A DNA stretch of 64,000 nt from Bacteroidaceae bacterium (GCA_963642705.1 CAVIHU010000002.1:43519-107518), one strand, 5' to 3'. Shown: positions 29,678-38,316, counted from the first letter of the stretch. Notes: a model not told the origin generated them from the letters alone. Translations and numbers: made by a program.

Positions 29678-29918
29678 GGCAGGTGTGAAACCATGACGCT
29701 GCTCTGTAAAAGGGGCTGGCGTTTTTCAGCCGGGTCAGTCCGGTGTTGCGGAATGCAGAAAGAAGGGCTTGTCATCTGAGAGTGGACATGGCTTGGCGGC
29801 ATTGGGACGGCTGTGTGGTGGGCATTGGTATGTCTGCACAGGCTGCTGCATTGCCGACGGGTGATGGGGACCACTCTTTTTGATTGCCTGCAGATGATTG
29901 CGGAAAGAGGTGAGGCGC

Positions 29919-30431
29919 ATGGCGAAGGCAGAGCTGACGGCAGTGGTGCTGCCGAAATGTCAGCGGCTGGCGGACGAGTTGGGCTATGAGCTGGTGGATG
30001 TCTGCCTGGACAAGGAAAGCACGGGCAAGTTTCTGCGGATTTATGTAGATCGTCCGGAGGGCATGTCGCTGGATGACTGCGAACGGTATCACCGTGCGAT
30101 TCAGCCGCTTGTCGAGTCGTATGATTTCGACTTTCTGGAAGTGTCCTCACCGGGCATCGACCGTCCACTCAGGAAGGATCGCGACTTTGAACGCGCTATC
30201 GGCGATGAGGTGGAGGTTCACCTGTTCAAGGCGATGGATGGTCAGAAGCTGTTCACGGGCATCCTGACCGATTTCGATCAGCAGGACATGGTGCTGCTGA
30301 TCGGTGGCGAGGAAAAGCGCATTGCACGCCGTGCCGCATCGCTCGTGAAGCCCGTGGTGGATATGTCGGGTGTCGAAACCGTCGACCTGTCCGGCGATGA
30401 TGATGCCGGCAGCGTCCGCGTAGACGAATAA
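29919..30431 (+). CDS. rimP: Ribosome maturation factor RimP
   Basis: ATG follows GAAAGAGGTGAGG. RimP N- and C-domain pattern (LEVSSPGIDRPL). Sits immediately upstream of nusA. Confidence 0.9.
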   Translation: MAKAELTAVVLPKCQRLADELGYELVDVCLDKESTGKFLRIYVDRPEGMSLDDCERYHRAIQPLVESYDFDFLEVSSPGIDRPLRKDRDFERAIGDEVEVHLFKAMDGQKLFTGILTDFDQQDMVLLIGGEEKRIARRAASLVKPVVDMSGVETVDLSGDDDAGSVRVDE

Positions 30432-30471
30432 ATATTCAAAACAGCATAAGCTTAAAGGTGGAGCAGAATTC

Positions 30472-31701
30472 ATGAGAAAGACCAAGGCAGCGCCTGTTGT
30501 GCAGGCGGGTAACCAAAATCGGGAGCTGGTGGAGGCAATCCGCGCGCTCTGCAAGGAGAAGGATCTGAGCGAGGAAATGCTCTTTACGACAGTCGAGGAT
30601 GCGCTCAAAAAGGCGTACGCCAAGAACTGCACCAAGGGCGACGAACCCTCCGCCAACAACATCAGCGCCGTGATCGACCGTGCGACAGGCGAGATTCACG
30701 TGTATATCCGCCGCCTGATCGTTGAAGAGGTCGAAAAGCCCGTCGATCAGATTTCGATCGAGGAGGCGCGCAAAATCAAGGATACCTACCAGATGGGCGA
30801 CATTGTCGAGGAGGACGTGACGCCGCGCAACTTCCTGCGTGTCGCCGCGCAGACCGCCAAGGGCGTGATTATGCAGCGCCTGCGCGAGGCAGAGCGCGGC
30901 CGCGTGTACGAGGAATATGCCGACAAGGAGAATGAAATTCTGACGGCTGTCGTCCGTCGTTTGGATGATAAGGGCGCGCTGGTCGAGCTGATGGGTCGTG
31001 ATGACGGCTATCTTGAGGCGGATCAGATGATTCCGGGCGAGAACATCGATATCGATGATCACCTGAAGGTCTACGTGCTCGAGGTGCAGCGCGGGGATGA
31101 CACGACGAAACGCCATGGACCGCAGGTGCGCGTCAGCCGGACGCATCCGAATCTCGTCAAGCGCCTGTTCGAGATGGAAGTGCCTGAAATCGCCGGCGGT
31201 AAGGTGCTGATCAAGGGGCTTGCTCGCGAGGCGGGCAGCCGCACGAAGATGGCGGTGCATTCCACGGATGTGCTGATTGATCCGGTCGGCGCCTGCGTTG
31301 GTCCGCGCGGCGATCGCGTGACCCGTGTGGTGAACGAGCTGCGCGGCGAGAAGATCGACATCATCAAGTGGAGCGAAAATCCGGCGGAATTCATTGCCAA
31401 CGCGCTGAATCCGGCGAACGTCCGCGAGGTGTATACCGAGGAAAGCGGTCAGCACTCCTGCATCGTGGTTGTGCCGGACAATCAGCTGTCGCTCGCCATC
31501 GGCAAGGAAGGGCAAAATGCGCGTCTTGCCGCGAAATTGACCGGCTGGAAGATTGACATCAAGAGCCAGTCCCAGTACGCCGAGCAGGTTGCCGCCGTCA
31601 TGCCGCAGGCCGAGGAAACGCCTGCCGAGCCGCAGTTCGCGCCCTATCAGGCAATCGATGAGATGACTGACATCCAGATGGACGAGGACGACACGCTGTA
31701 A
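30472..31701 (+). CDS. nusA: Transcription termination/antitermination factor NusA
   Basis: NusA N-terminal, S1 and two KH domains (GPRGDRV, LAIGKEGQNARLA). Confidence 0.95.
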   Translation: MRKTKAAPVVQAGNQNRELVEAIRALCKEKDLSEEMLFTTVEDALKKAYAKNCTKGDEPSANNISAVIDRATGEIHVYIRRLIVEEVEKPVDQISIEEARKIKDTYQMGDIVEEDVTPRNFLRVAAQTAKGVIMQRLREAERGRVYEEYADKENEILTAVVRRLDDKGALVELMGRDDGYLEADQMIPGENIDIDDHLKVYVLEVQRGDDTTKRHGPQVRVSRTHPNLVKRLFEMEVPEIAGGKVLIKGLAREAGSRTKMAVHSTDVLIDPVGACVGPRGDRVTRVVNELRGEKIDIIKWSENPAEFIANALNPANVREVYTEESGQHSCIVVVPDNQLSLAIGKEGQNARLAAKLTGWKIDIKSQSQYAEQVAAVMPQAEETPAEPQFAPYQAIDEMTDIQMDEDDTL

Positions 31702-31773
31702 TACGACGGACTTTGTTCGTTTTCGTGCCCCCTTATAACAGCAATAGCAACCAGCTGACCTGGAAGGATATGC

Positions 31774-31809
31774 GAAGGGGTCAAGGGAGCGAACGCAAAG
31801 CCCCCTTGG
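31774..31809 (+). repeat. GC-rich hairpin repeat, copy A (nusA-ylxR spacer)
   Basis: GCGAAGGGGTCAAGGGAGC gaacgcaaa GCCCCCTTGG. 9-bp stem (1 mismatch) and a 9-nt loop. Confidence 0.5.
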
Positions 31810-31891
31810 TTCACGATCATCGCAGAGGATAGAGGAAAAAAGAGATTCGGCGGCGAATCCGAACCCGGATGCACCGCCCAAAGGAGCCTTG

Positions 31892-32182
31892 ATGAAGCCG
31901 AAGAAGATTCCGATGCGCATGTGCGTCGGATGCCGCGAAAGCAAGCCAAAACGCGAAATGATCCGCGTCGTCCGCGCACCGGACGGTACGGTTTCGATGG
32001 ATTCGGGCGGTAAAAAGCCCGGACGCGGCGCTTACGTGTGCCGACAGGAAAGCTGCCTGATGCGGGCAATCCGTCAGAAGCAGCTCGAACGTCAGCTCGA
32101 GGTTCAGCTCACCGACGAAGTTGCGGAGAGCTTGCGGCAGGAGCTGGCGAAGCTCTCAGAAGCAGAAGCGGAGGATACCTGA
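31892..32182 (+). CDS. ylxR: YlxR/RnpM family (DUF448) RNA-binding protein
   Basis: PMRMCVGCRESKPKREMIRVV signature. AAGGAG RBS 5 nt upstream. Conserved position after nusA. Confidence 0.85.
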   Translation: MKPKKIPMRMCVGCRESKPKREMIRVVRAPDGTVSMDSGGKKPGRGAYVCRQESCLMRAIRQKQLERQLEVQLTDEVAESLRQELAKLSEAEAEDT

Positions 32183-32187
32183 CGCAG

Positions 32188-32556
32188 ATGCAGAGAGAGG
32201 ATAAGCTGCGCGGTCTGATGGGACTGTGCGTGCGGGCACGACAGGCGACCTTCGGTGAGGATGGCTGCCTGAAAAGCATTCGTGGCGGGAGCTGCGCGAT
32301 TCTGCTGCTCGACAGCGGCGCGTCTCAAGCCACTCAGGATAAATACCGCAGCGCTTGCGAACACAATCATGTGTTGCTGGCAATGCTGCCGCAGGGACTC
32401 CTTCATGAAGCGACGGGTCGTCCGGGTGTAGCCATGGCGGTTGCGCAGGGCGGTCTGGCGGAGCAAATCAGGCAGAATCTTCACGAGGATGCACACGAGA
32501 ATCTTGGACAATCAATCAAATCGGAAAATCATGGCGGGGGTGCAAGCGTCGAATGA
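32188..32556 (+). CDS. ylxQ: L7Ae/YlxQ family RNA-binding protein
   Basis: LGLCVRARQATFGED...AILLLDSGAS pattern. Conserved position before infB. The stop overlaps the infB ATG. Confidence 0.8.
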   Translation: MQREDKLRGLMGLCVRARQATFGEDGCLKSIRGGSCAILLLDSGASQATQDKYRSACEHNHVLLAMLPQGLLHEATGRPGVAMAVAQGGLAEQIRQNLHEDAHENLGQSIKSENHGGGASVE

Positions 32557-35500
32557 CGAAGGTGAAACTGAAGGATTCAATCAAGGAACTGATGACGGAT
32601 GCCGTGAAGGTGCGTGATGACGCCTCTCGTGTTCGTCAGGGAGCGGACGGACTGGCGAAGTCGCTGCGTGCGCTCGAAAACGAGTTTGTCAAGACCCGCA
32701 ACGCGCAGGCGGAGCAGGAAAAGCGCGCAGAGACGGAAAAGCGCATTTCCGACCATTCCAAGGCCTACGTTATGCTCGACGCGGAGGAACAGGCAGCCGT
32801 GAACGCTGCCCTCAAGGCGAATGAAAAGCAGCCTGAAGTGAAGGCTGACGCCAAGGGTGATTCCCAAAAGGTGGTTTCCACCAAGGCGGATTCCCCCAAG
32901 GGTGATTCACCCAGGGACGATTCGACCAAGGCAGAAGTCAAGCCTGTGCAGAAGGTCGAAGCACCGAAGAACGAGGTGAAGCAGGAGGCTGCAAAGCCCG
33001 TACAGAAGGCGGAGCAGAAGCCTGTGCAGAAGACAGAGGCACCGAAGCCCGCGCAGAAGAACGAGGCGAAGCAGGAGGCTGCAAAGCCCGTACAGAAGGC
33101 GGAGCAGAAGCCTGTGCAGAAGACAGAGGCACCGAAGCCCGCGCAGAAGAACGAGGCGAAGCAGGAGGCTGCAAAGCCCGTACAGAAGGCGGAGCAGAAG
33201 CCTGTGCAGAAGACAGAGGCACCGAAGCCCGCGCAGAAGAACGAGGCGAAGCAGGAGGCTGCAAAGCCCGTACAGAAGGCGGAGCAGAAGCCTGTGCAGA
33301 AGACAGAGGCACCGAAGCCCGCGCAGAAGAACGAGGTAAAGCAGGAAGCGGCGAAGCCCGAAGCCAAGGGCGATGCCGTCAAGGGTGATTCCACCAAAGC
33401 TGATTCACCCAAGACCGAGGAAGCGCCGAAGAAGCCTGCCATTGGTCAGATTATTTCGCGAGCGGGTCAGGCGCTTCCGCAGAAGCCGGTCGGTCTGGCG
33501 CCGAACGTCATCCGTCCGCCGCGTCCCGTACAGCCCCGTCCGCAGGGAGCCCAGGGGCAGCAGGGACAGCGTCCGCAGGGCAATCGTCCGGCAAACGGCA
33601 CGTTCCAGCCGCGTCAGGGCGGCAACGGTCCGTTTATCGCGCGTCCGCAGGGAGTTCAGGGGCAGCAGGGACAGCGTCCGCAGGGCGGCAACGGTCCGTT
33701 CATCGCGCGTCCGCAAGGTGCACCGAACAATCGCCCGGGTAACGGCACGTTCCAGCCGCGTCAGGGCGGCAATGGTCCGTTCATCGCGCGTCCGCAGGGT
33801 GCGCAGGGCACACGTCCGCAGGGCGGCATGCAGCCCCGTTCGGGGAACGGTCGTCCGGCAGGTGTCGGCATGGGTCGTCAGAAGCCGTCTGTGCCGGATA
33901 TCACGCCGAGCATGGGTAAGGAGCGCGTCTCCAACTACGACCCGAACAAGAAGAACTACGTCCGTCAGCACGATCCGGAGCATGTGGCGCGCAACCGCAA
34001 GCAGCTCAGCCGTGACGCGGGCTACAGCGGATATGACGACGATGTGGTGCGCGGCGGTAAGCGCAGCCGCATGAAAAAGCCGTCCGCGCAGCAGATGATG
34101 GCGCCCATCAAGATCGAGCACGCGTACATGAACGGCGATACGATTGTCGTCCGCGACCTGTGCGAGAAAATCGGCAAGACGAGCGCGGAAATCATCAAGA
34201 AGCTGTTCCTGCTGGGCAATATGGCGACCATCAACAGCGAGATTGACTTTGATACCGCCTCGTTGGTGTGCGCTGACTTTGATATTACGCTGGAGAAGAA
34301 GCCCGAGGTCACCGCTGAAGACCAACTGACTGCGGAGAACTTTGATGACGCTGAGGAGAACCTCGAGACACGTCCGCCGGTCGTGACGATTATGGGTCAC
34401 GTTGACCACGGCAAGACCTCCCTGCTGGACTATATCCGCAAGAGCCGCGTCACCGCGGGCGAGGCTGGCGGCATTACGCAGCACATCGGTGCATACACGG
34501 TCAAGATGAACGGCCGCGACATCACGTTCCTGGATACTCCCGGTCACGAGGCGTTCACCGCCATGCGTGCCCGCGGCGCTCAGGCGACGGATATCGCCGT
34601 GCTGGTGGTTGCGGCGGACGACTCCGTCATGCCGCAGACCATCGAAGCCATCAACCACGCCAAGGCGGCCGAGGTGCCGATTATTGTCGCCATCAACAAG
34701 ATGGATAAGCCGGATGCGGACGCCGAGCGCGTCAAGACCGACCTGACAAAGTACGGCATCGTCTGCGAGGACTGGGGCGGCGACACGATCATGTGCCCCG
34801 TTTCCGCAAAGACCGGCGAGGGCGTCGACGAGCTGCTCGAAATGATTCTGCTGCAGGCGGATACCATGGAGCTGCGCGCAAACCCGAATCGTCTGGGTCG
34901 CGGCGTCATCATTGAGGCAAAGCTGGACAAGGCACGCGGTCCGCTGGCTACCGTGCTGATGCAGAACGGTACGCTGCATGTCGGCGACAACATCATCGCG
35001 GGTCTGGCAAGCGGTCGTGTCCGTGCGCTGATTAACGATCGCGGCGAGAAGGTCAAGGAAGCCGGTCCGTCGACACCCGTGGAAATCATGGGCTTTGATG
35101 AAGTTCCGTCCGCAGGCGATGAAATGCAGGCTGTCGGCGATGACCGCCTGTCCAGGCAGGTCGCCGAGGAACGCAAGGCTAAGCTCAAGGCTGCGCGCGA
35201 GGCATCGATGGCGAAGGTCAGCCTCGAAAACCTGTTCTCCAACATGGAGAGCGGAAAGCAGACGACGCTGAACCTGATTATCAAGGCGGACGTGCAGGGC
35301 TCTGTCGAGGCAGTCAAGCAGGCGATGGAAAAACTCAGCAGCGATGAAGTGAAGATACATGTGCTGAACAGCGCGGCCGGTGCAATCACCAAGGACGATG
35401 TCAACCTCGCCAGCGCGTTCAATGCCATCATCATCGGCTTCAACATTCGTCCGGATGCCTCTGCGCGTGAAGCGGCGGAGCGCGAGAAGGTCGATGTCCG

Positions 35501-35867
35501 CCTGTACACCGTCATTTACAAGGCGATTGAGGACATGGAACTGGCGATGAAGGGTCTGCTTGCGCCCGAATACCGCGAGGTGCTGCTGGGTCACGCAGAG
35601 GTCCGCAGCGTGTTCAAGATCACTGGCGCCGGTGTGATTGCCGGTTGCTACGTGACCGACGGCAAGGTGCAGCGCAACGCTCAGGTGCGTCTGCTGCGCG
35701 AGAACGTCGTTGTTTTCGAGGGAAAGCTCAGCAGCCTCAAGCACTACAAGGAAGACGTCAAGGACATGGCTGCCGGCTTTGAATGCGGCATGAGCCTGGA
35801 TGGGCACAACGACATCAAGGAAGGCGATGTCGTCGAGTGCTTCATCATGGAGGAAATCCCGCGCTAA
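32553..35867 (+). CDS. infB: Translation initiation factor IF-2 (unusually long at 1104 aa, with a repeat-rich N-terminal region)
   Basis: G domain (GHVDHGKTSLLD, DTPGHEAF, NKMD) plus C-terminal IF2 domains. Confidence 0.97.
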   Translation: MTKVKLKDSIKELMTDAVKVRDDASRVRQGADGLAKSLRALENEFVKTRNAQAEQEKRAETEKRISDHSKAYVMLDAEEQAAVNAALKANEKQPEVKADAKGDSQKVVSTKADSPKGDSPRDDSTKAEVKPVQKVEAPKNEVKQEAAKPVQKAEQKPVQKTEAPKPAQKNEAKQEAAKPVQKAEQKPVQKTEAPKPAQKNEAKQEAAKPVQKAEQKPVQKTEAPKPAQKNEAKQEAAKPVQKAEQKPVQKTEAPKPAQKNEVKQEAAKPEAKGDAVKGDSTKADSPKTEEAPKKPAIGQIISRAGQALPQKPVGLAPNVIRPPRPVQPRPQGAQGQQGQRPQGNRPANGTFQPRQGGNGPFIARPQGVQGQQGQRPQGGNGPFIARPQGAPNNRPGNGTFQPRQGGNGPFIARPQGAQGTRPQGGMQPRSGNGRPAGVGMGRQKPSVPDITPSMGKERVSNYDPNKKNYVRQHDPEHVARNRKQLSRDAGYSGYDDDVVRGGKRSRMKKPSAQQMMAPIKIEHAYMNGDTIVVRDLCEKIGKTSAEIIKKLFLLGNMATINSEIDFDTASLVCADFDITLEKKPEVTAEDQLTAENFDDAEENLETRPPVVTIMGHVDHGKTSLLDYIRKSRVTAGEAGGITQHIGAYTVKMNGRDITFLDTPGHEAFTAMRARGAQATDIAVLVVAADDSVMPQTIEAINHAKAAEVPIIVAINKMDKPDADAERVKTDLTKYGIVCEDWGGDTIMCPVSAKTGEGVDELLEMILLQADTMELRANPNRLGRGVIIEAKLDKARGPLATVLMQNGTLHVGDNIIAGLASGRVRALINDRGEKVKEAGPSTPVEIMGFDEVPSAGDEMQAVGDDRLSRQVAEERKAKLKAAREASMAKVSLENLFSNMESGKQTTLNLIIKADVQGSVEAVKQAMEKLSSDEVKIHVLNSAAGAITKDDVNLASAFNAIIIGFNIRPDASAREAAEREKVDVRLYTVIYKAIEDMELAMKGLLAPEYREVLLGHAEVRSVFKITGAGVIAGCYVTDGKVQRNAQVRLLRENVVVFEGKLSSLKHYKEDVKDMAAGFECGMSLDGHNDIKEGDVVECFIMEEIPR
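32981..33340 (+). repeat. Four tandem 90-bp in-frame repeats inside infB
   Basis: Units at 32981, 33071, 33161 and 33251. The first three are identical base for base. The fourth differs at 2 positions near its end. Each encodes KQEAAKPVQKAEQKPVQKTEAPKPAQKNEA. Confidence 0.95.
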
Positions 35868-35877
35868 TCGCATCAAT

Positions 35878-35927
35878 GGAGGCTGGGTAAAGTCAATTTC
35901 AGATGGCTTTCCCTGCCTCTTTTTTTC
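35878..35927 (+). terminator. Intrinsic terminator-like hairpin after infB
   Basis: Interrupted stem GGAGGC.GGG.AAAG / CTTT.CCC.GCCTC followed by TTTTTTT. Confidence 0.55.
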
Positions 35928-35990
35928 ACCTTCTTAGCTGTGGACTTCGTCCGTTTCATTTCCCGTGATTGTGTCGGAAAAGTACATTGC

Positions 35991-36072
35991 GAAGGGTGCA
36001 GGTGCGATCGCGAACCTTGTCTGTTTTCATGTCCACTTGTCACATTGCCTGCATGACGATGTCCCTGCACCC
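35991..36072 (+). repeat. Related element, copy E (infB-rbfA spacer)
   Basis: ATTGCGAAGGGTGCAGG box. GGGTGCAGG pairs perfectly with CCTGCACCC about 60 nt downstream. Confidence 0.4.
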
Positions 36073-36119
36073 GGAAAAGGGTCTTCAACCCTTTCAAACC
36101 TTTTTATCAGGAGGATACA

Positions 36120-36497
36120 ATGAGCTATCAACGCATTGACCGAATTTCCGAGGAGCTGCGCCGCGAGGTCGACCGCATCATCCGCGAGGATGTGAACGAT
36201 CCGCGCGTCACAGGCACCTTCTCCGTGACCCGCGCGGAAGTTACCCGCGATCTCCGTTATGCCAAAATCTACGTTTCGGTTCTTGAGGATGACCTCCGCG
36301 AGCCGCTCATGAAGGCGCTCAAGAATGCCGCGGGCTTTATCCGCCGCGAGCTTGGTCATCAGATGCTCATCCGCACCGCGCCGGAGCTGCAGTTTATCAG
36401 CGACCAAAACATCGCCTATGGCGTGCATATCGCGCAGGTGCTGGCGGAAGCGCGCAAGAATGAGCCTGACCGCGAAGAGGAAGAACCGCAGGCATGA
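36120..36497 (+). CDS. rbfA: Ribosome-binding factor A
   Basis: RbfA KH-like pattern (RISEELRREV...DPRV...VTRDLRYAKIYVS). AGGAGGA RBS. Confidence 0.9.
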   Translation: MSYQRIDRISEELRREVDRIIREDVNDPRVTGTFSVTRAEVTRDLRYAKIYVSVLEDDLREPLMKALKNAAGFIRRELGHQMLIRTAPELQFISDQNIAYGVHIAQVLAEARKNEPDREEEEPQA

Positions 36498-37408
36498 ACG
36501 GCTTTTTGAATGTCCTCAAGCCGCCGGGTATGACGAGTGCCGCTGTTGTTGGCTATGTGAAGCGCATGACAGGCGAGAAGCATGTCGGGCATGCAGGAAC
36601 GCTCGATCCGGAGGCGGCTGGTGTGCTGCCGGTGATGCTCGGGCGCGCGGCGCGGCTGTTTGATTATCTGGTGGACAAGGAAAAAATGTACGTGGCAGAA
36701 TGCGCTTTTGGTGCCGCGACGGATACGCAGGATGCGACAGGGCGCATCACCGAAACGGGAAGCAATTACCCGACTATCGGGCAGGTGCGCGAGGCGGCAG
36801 CCCATCTCATCGGCGATATTGAACAGCGACCGAGCATCTACAGCGCCATCAAGCAGGACGGCAAGCCGCTTTACGAACGTGCGCGTGACGGCGAACAGGT
36901 CGAAGCGCCCGTGCGCACAGTGCATGTGTCTTCCATAAACGTGCATGAGGAAACGGCAGAGCACGGCGTGCGCATGACCATCCGCTGCGGTCGAGGCACG
37001 TATATTCGCTCTATTTGCGATGATTTGGGCAAATTGACCGGCTGTCCGGCCCATATGCGGTTTCTGCTTCGGGCGCAAAGCGGCGTGTTCACGCTTGATA
37101 CCGCCATGACGCTGGAGGAAATCGCGCAGCATCAGCAGAATGGGACGCTTATGCTTCTGCCCATGGATATCGGCATCGGGCACATGCCTCGGCTGGATGT
37201 ACCGGCTTCCTTTGAAAAGCATGTTGTCAACGGTGTGAAGCTGCCCATCTGTGCATTGAAGGGCGCAGAGAAGCTGCAATCCGGTGCGGCAGCGCGCATT
37301 TATTTGCGCAATCACTTCCGGGGCATTGCGGCAAGAGTGCAGGACGAGCTCATCTGGCGATGCGTCTTTCCACCGGACAAGGAGGAAAACTATGCGAATC
37401 ATCCGTGA
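36494..37408 (+). CDS. truB: tRNA pseudouridine(55) synthase
   Basis: GFLNVLKPPGMTS...VGHAGTLDPEAAGVLPV catalytic Asp motif. ATGA overlap with rbfA. Confidence 0.9.
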   Translation: MNGFLNVLKPPGMTSAAVVGYVKRMTGEKHVGHAGTLDPEAAGVLPVMLGRAARLFDYLVDKEKMYVAECAFGAATDTQDATGRITETGSNYPTIGQVREAAAHLIGDIEQRPSIYSAIKQDGKPLYERARDGEQVEAPVRTVHVSSINVHEETAEHGVRMTIRCGRGTYIRSICDDLGKLTGCPAHMRFLLRAQSGVFTLDTAMTLEEIAQHQQNGTLMLLPMDIGIGHMPRLDVPASFEKHVVNGVKLPICALKGAEKLQSGAAARIYLRNHFRGIAARVQDELIWRCVFPPDKEENYANHP

Positions 37409-38309
37409 CCCTAAGCGACTGAACCCGTGCGTGCTGGTGCTGGGCATGTTTGACGGCGTGCACCGCGGTCATCAGGCGCTGCTGATGCGCGGCGATGAGC
37501 TGGCGCAGGAGATGGTCTATCCGCTGGCGGTATGCACGTTTTCGCCGCATCCGCTGCAGGTGCTTGCACCGGAGAAGACGCCGCCGATGCTGACGACGCT
37601 GCCGGAAAAGGCGGCAGTGATGCAGTCCTTCGGCGTGGATGGACTGTGCGTCACAACCTTCACAAAGGCGCGCGCCGCGCAGGAGCCTGAGGACTTCATG
37701 GCGGAAATGGTCGAGGAGTACGCGCCGGTTGTCGTTGTTTGCGGATTTAATTTCACGTTCGGCGCGGGCGGACGCGGCAACGGGCAAATGCTCAAGGAGT
37801 ATGGCAAGAAGCACGGCTTCCGTACAGTGATTGTGCCGGAGGTCGTGATTGAGGGCGAAACGGTGTCGTCTACGCGGATTCGGCGGCTGCTGGCACAGGG
37901 CGACATTCACAGCGTCAACAACCTGCTTGGCCGCGGCTATACGATGACCGGACGCGTCATTGAGGGCAAGCAGCTCGGGCGGACGATGGGCTACCCAACG
38001 GCAAATATCAGCGTCCCGAAAAACAAGGCACTGCCTGCGTTCGGCGTCTATGCCTGCTATCTGGAGACGAAAGGCGGCATTTTTCCGGCAGTCGTGAATG
38101 TCGGGCGTCATCCGACCGTGCCGGATGGTCCTGTGACGGTCGAGGCGCATGTGCTTGATGAGTTCCTTTCTCTTTACGGTCGGAATGTGCGGCTGACGTT
38201 CCTGAAATTCATGCGGCCGGAGCAGAAATTCGACGGCATCGATGCGCTGAAAAATCAGATTTCGCACGATGCGGACGAATGCAGAGCCTATTTCGCTCAG
38301 CTACAGTAA
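37392..38309 (+). CDS. ribF: Bifunctional riboflavin kinase / FAD synthetase
   Basis: ATG follows GGAGGA. LGMFDGVHRGHQ, and a C-terminal riboflavin kinase domain (GRTMGYPTAN). Overlaps the truB end by 17 nt. Confidence 0.9.
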   Translation: MRIIRDPKRLNPCVLVLGMFDGVHRGHQALLMRGDELAQEMVYPLAVCTFSPHPLQVLAPEKTPPMLTTLPEKAAVMQSFGVDGLCVTTFTKARAAQEPEDFMAEMVEEYAPVVVVCGFNFTFGAGGRGNGQMLKEYGKKHGFRTVIVPEVVIEGETVSSTRIRRLLAQGDIHSVNNLLGRGYTMTGRVIEGKQLGRTMGYPTANISVPKNKALPAFGVYACYLETKGGIFPAVVNVGRHPTVPDGPVTVEAHVLDEFLSLYGRNVRLTFLKFMRPEQKFDGIDALKNQISHDADECRAYFAQLQ

Positions 38310-38316
38310 AAATGCA

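Noticed and set aside
32981-33340. A regular 90-bp repeat array that could be mistaken for a CRISPR array or a satellite.
   Set aside because: The units are directly adjacent with no unique spacers. They are in frame inside infB and encode a Lys/Pro/Ala/Gln-rich linker. No cas genes or leader are present.
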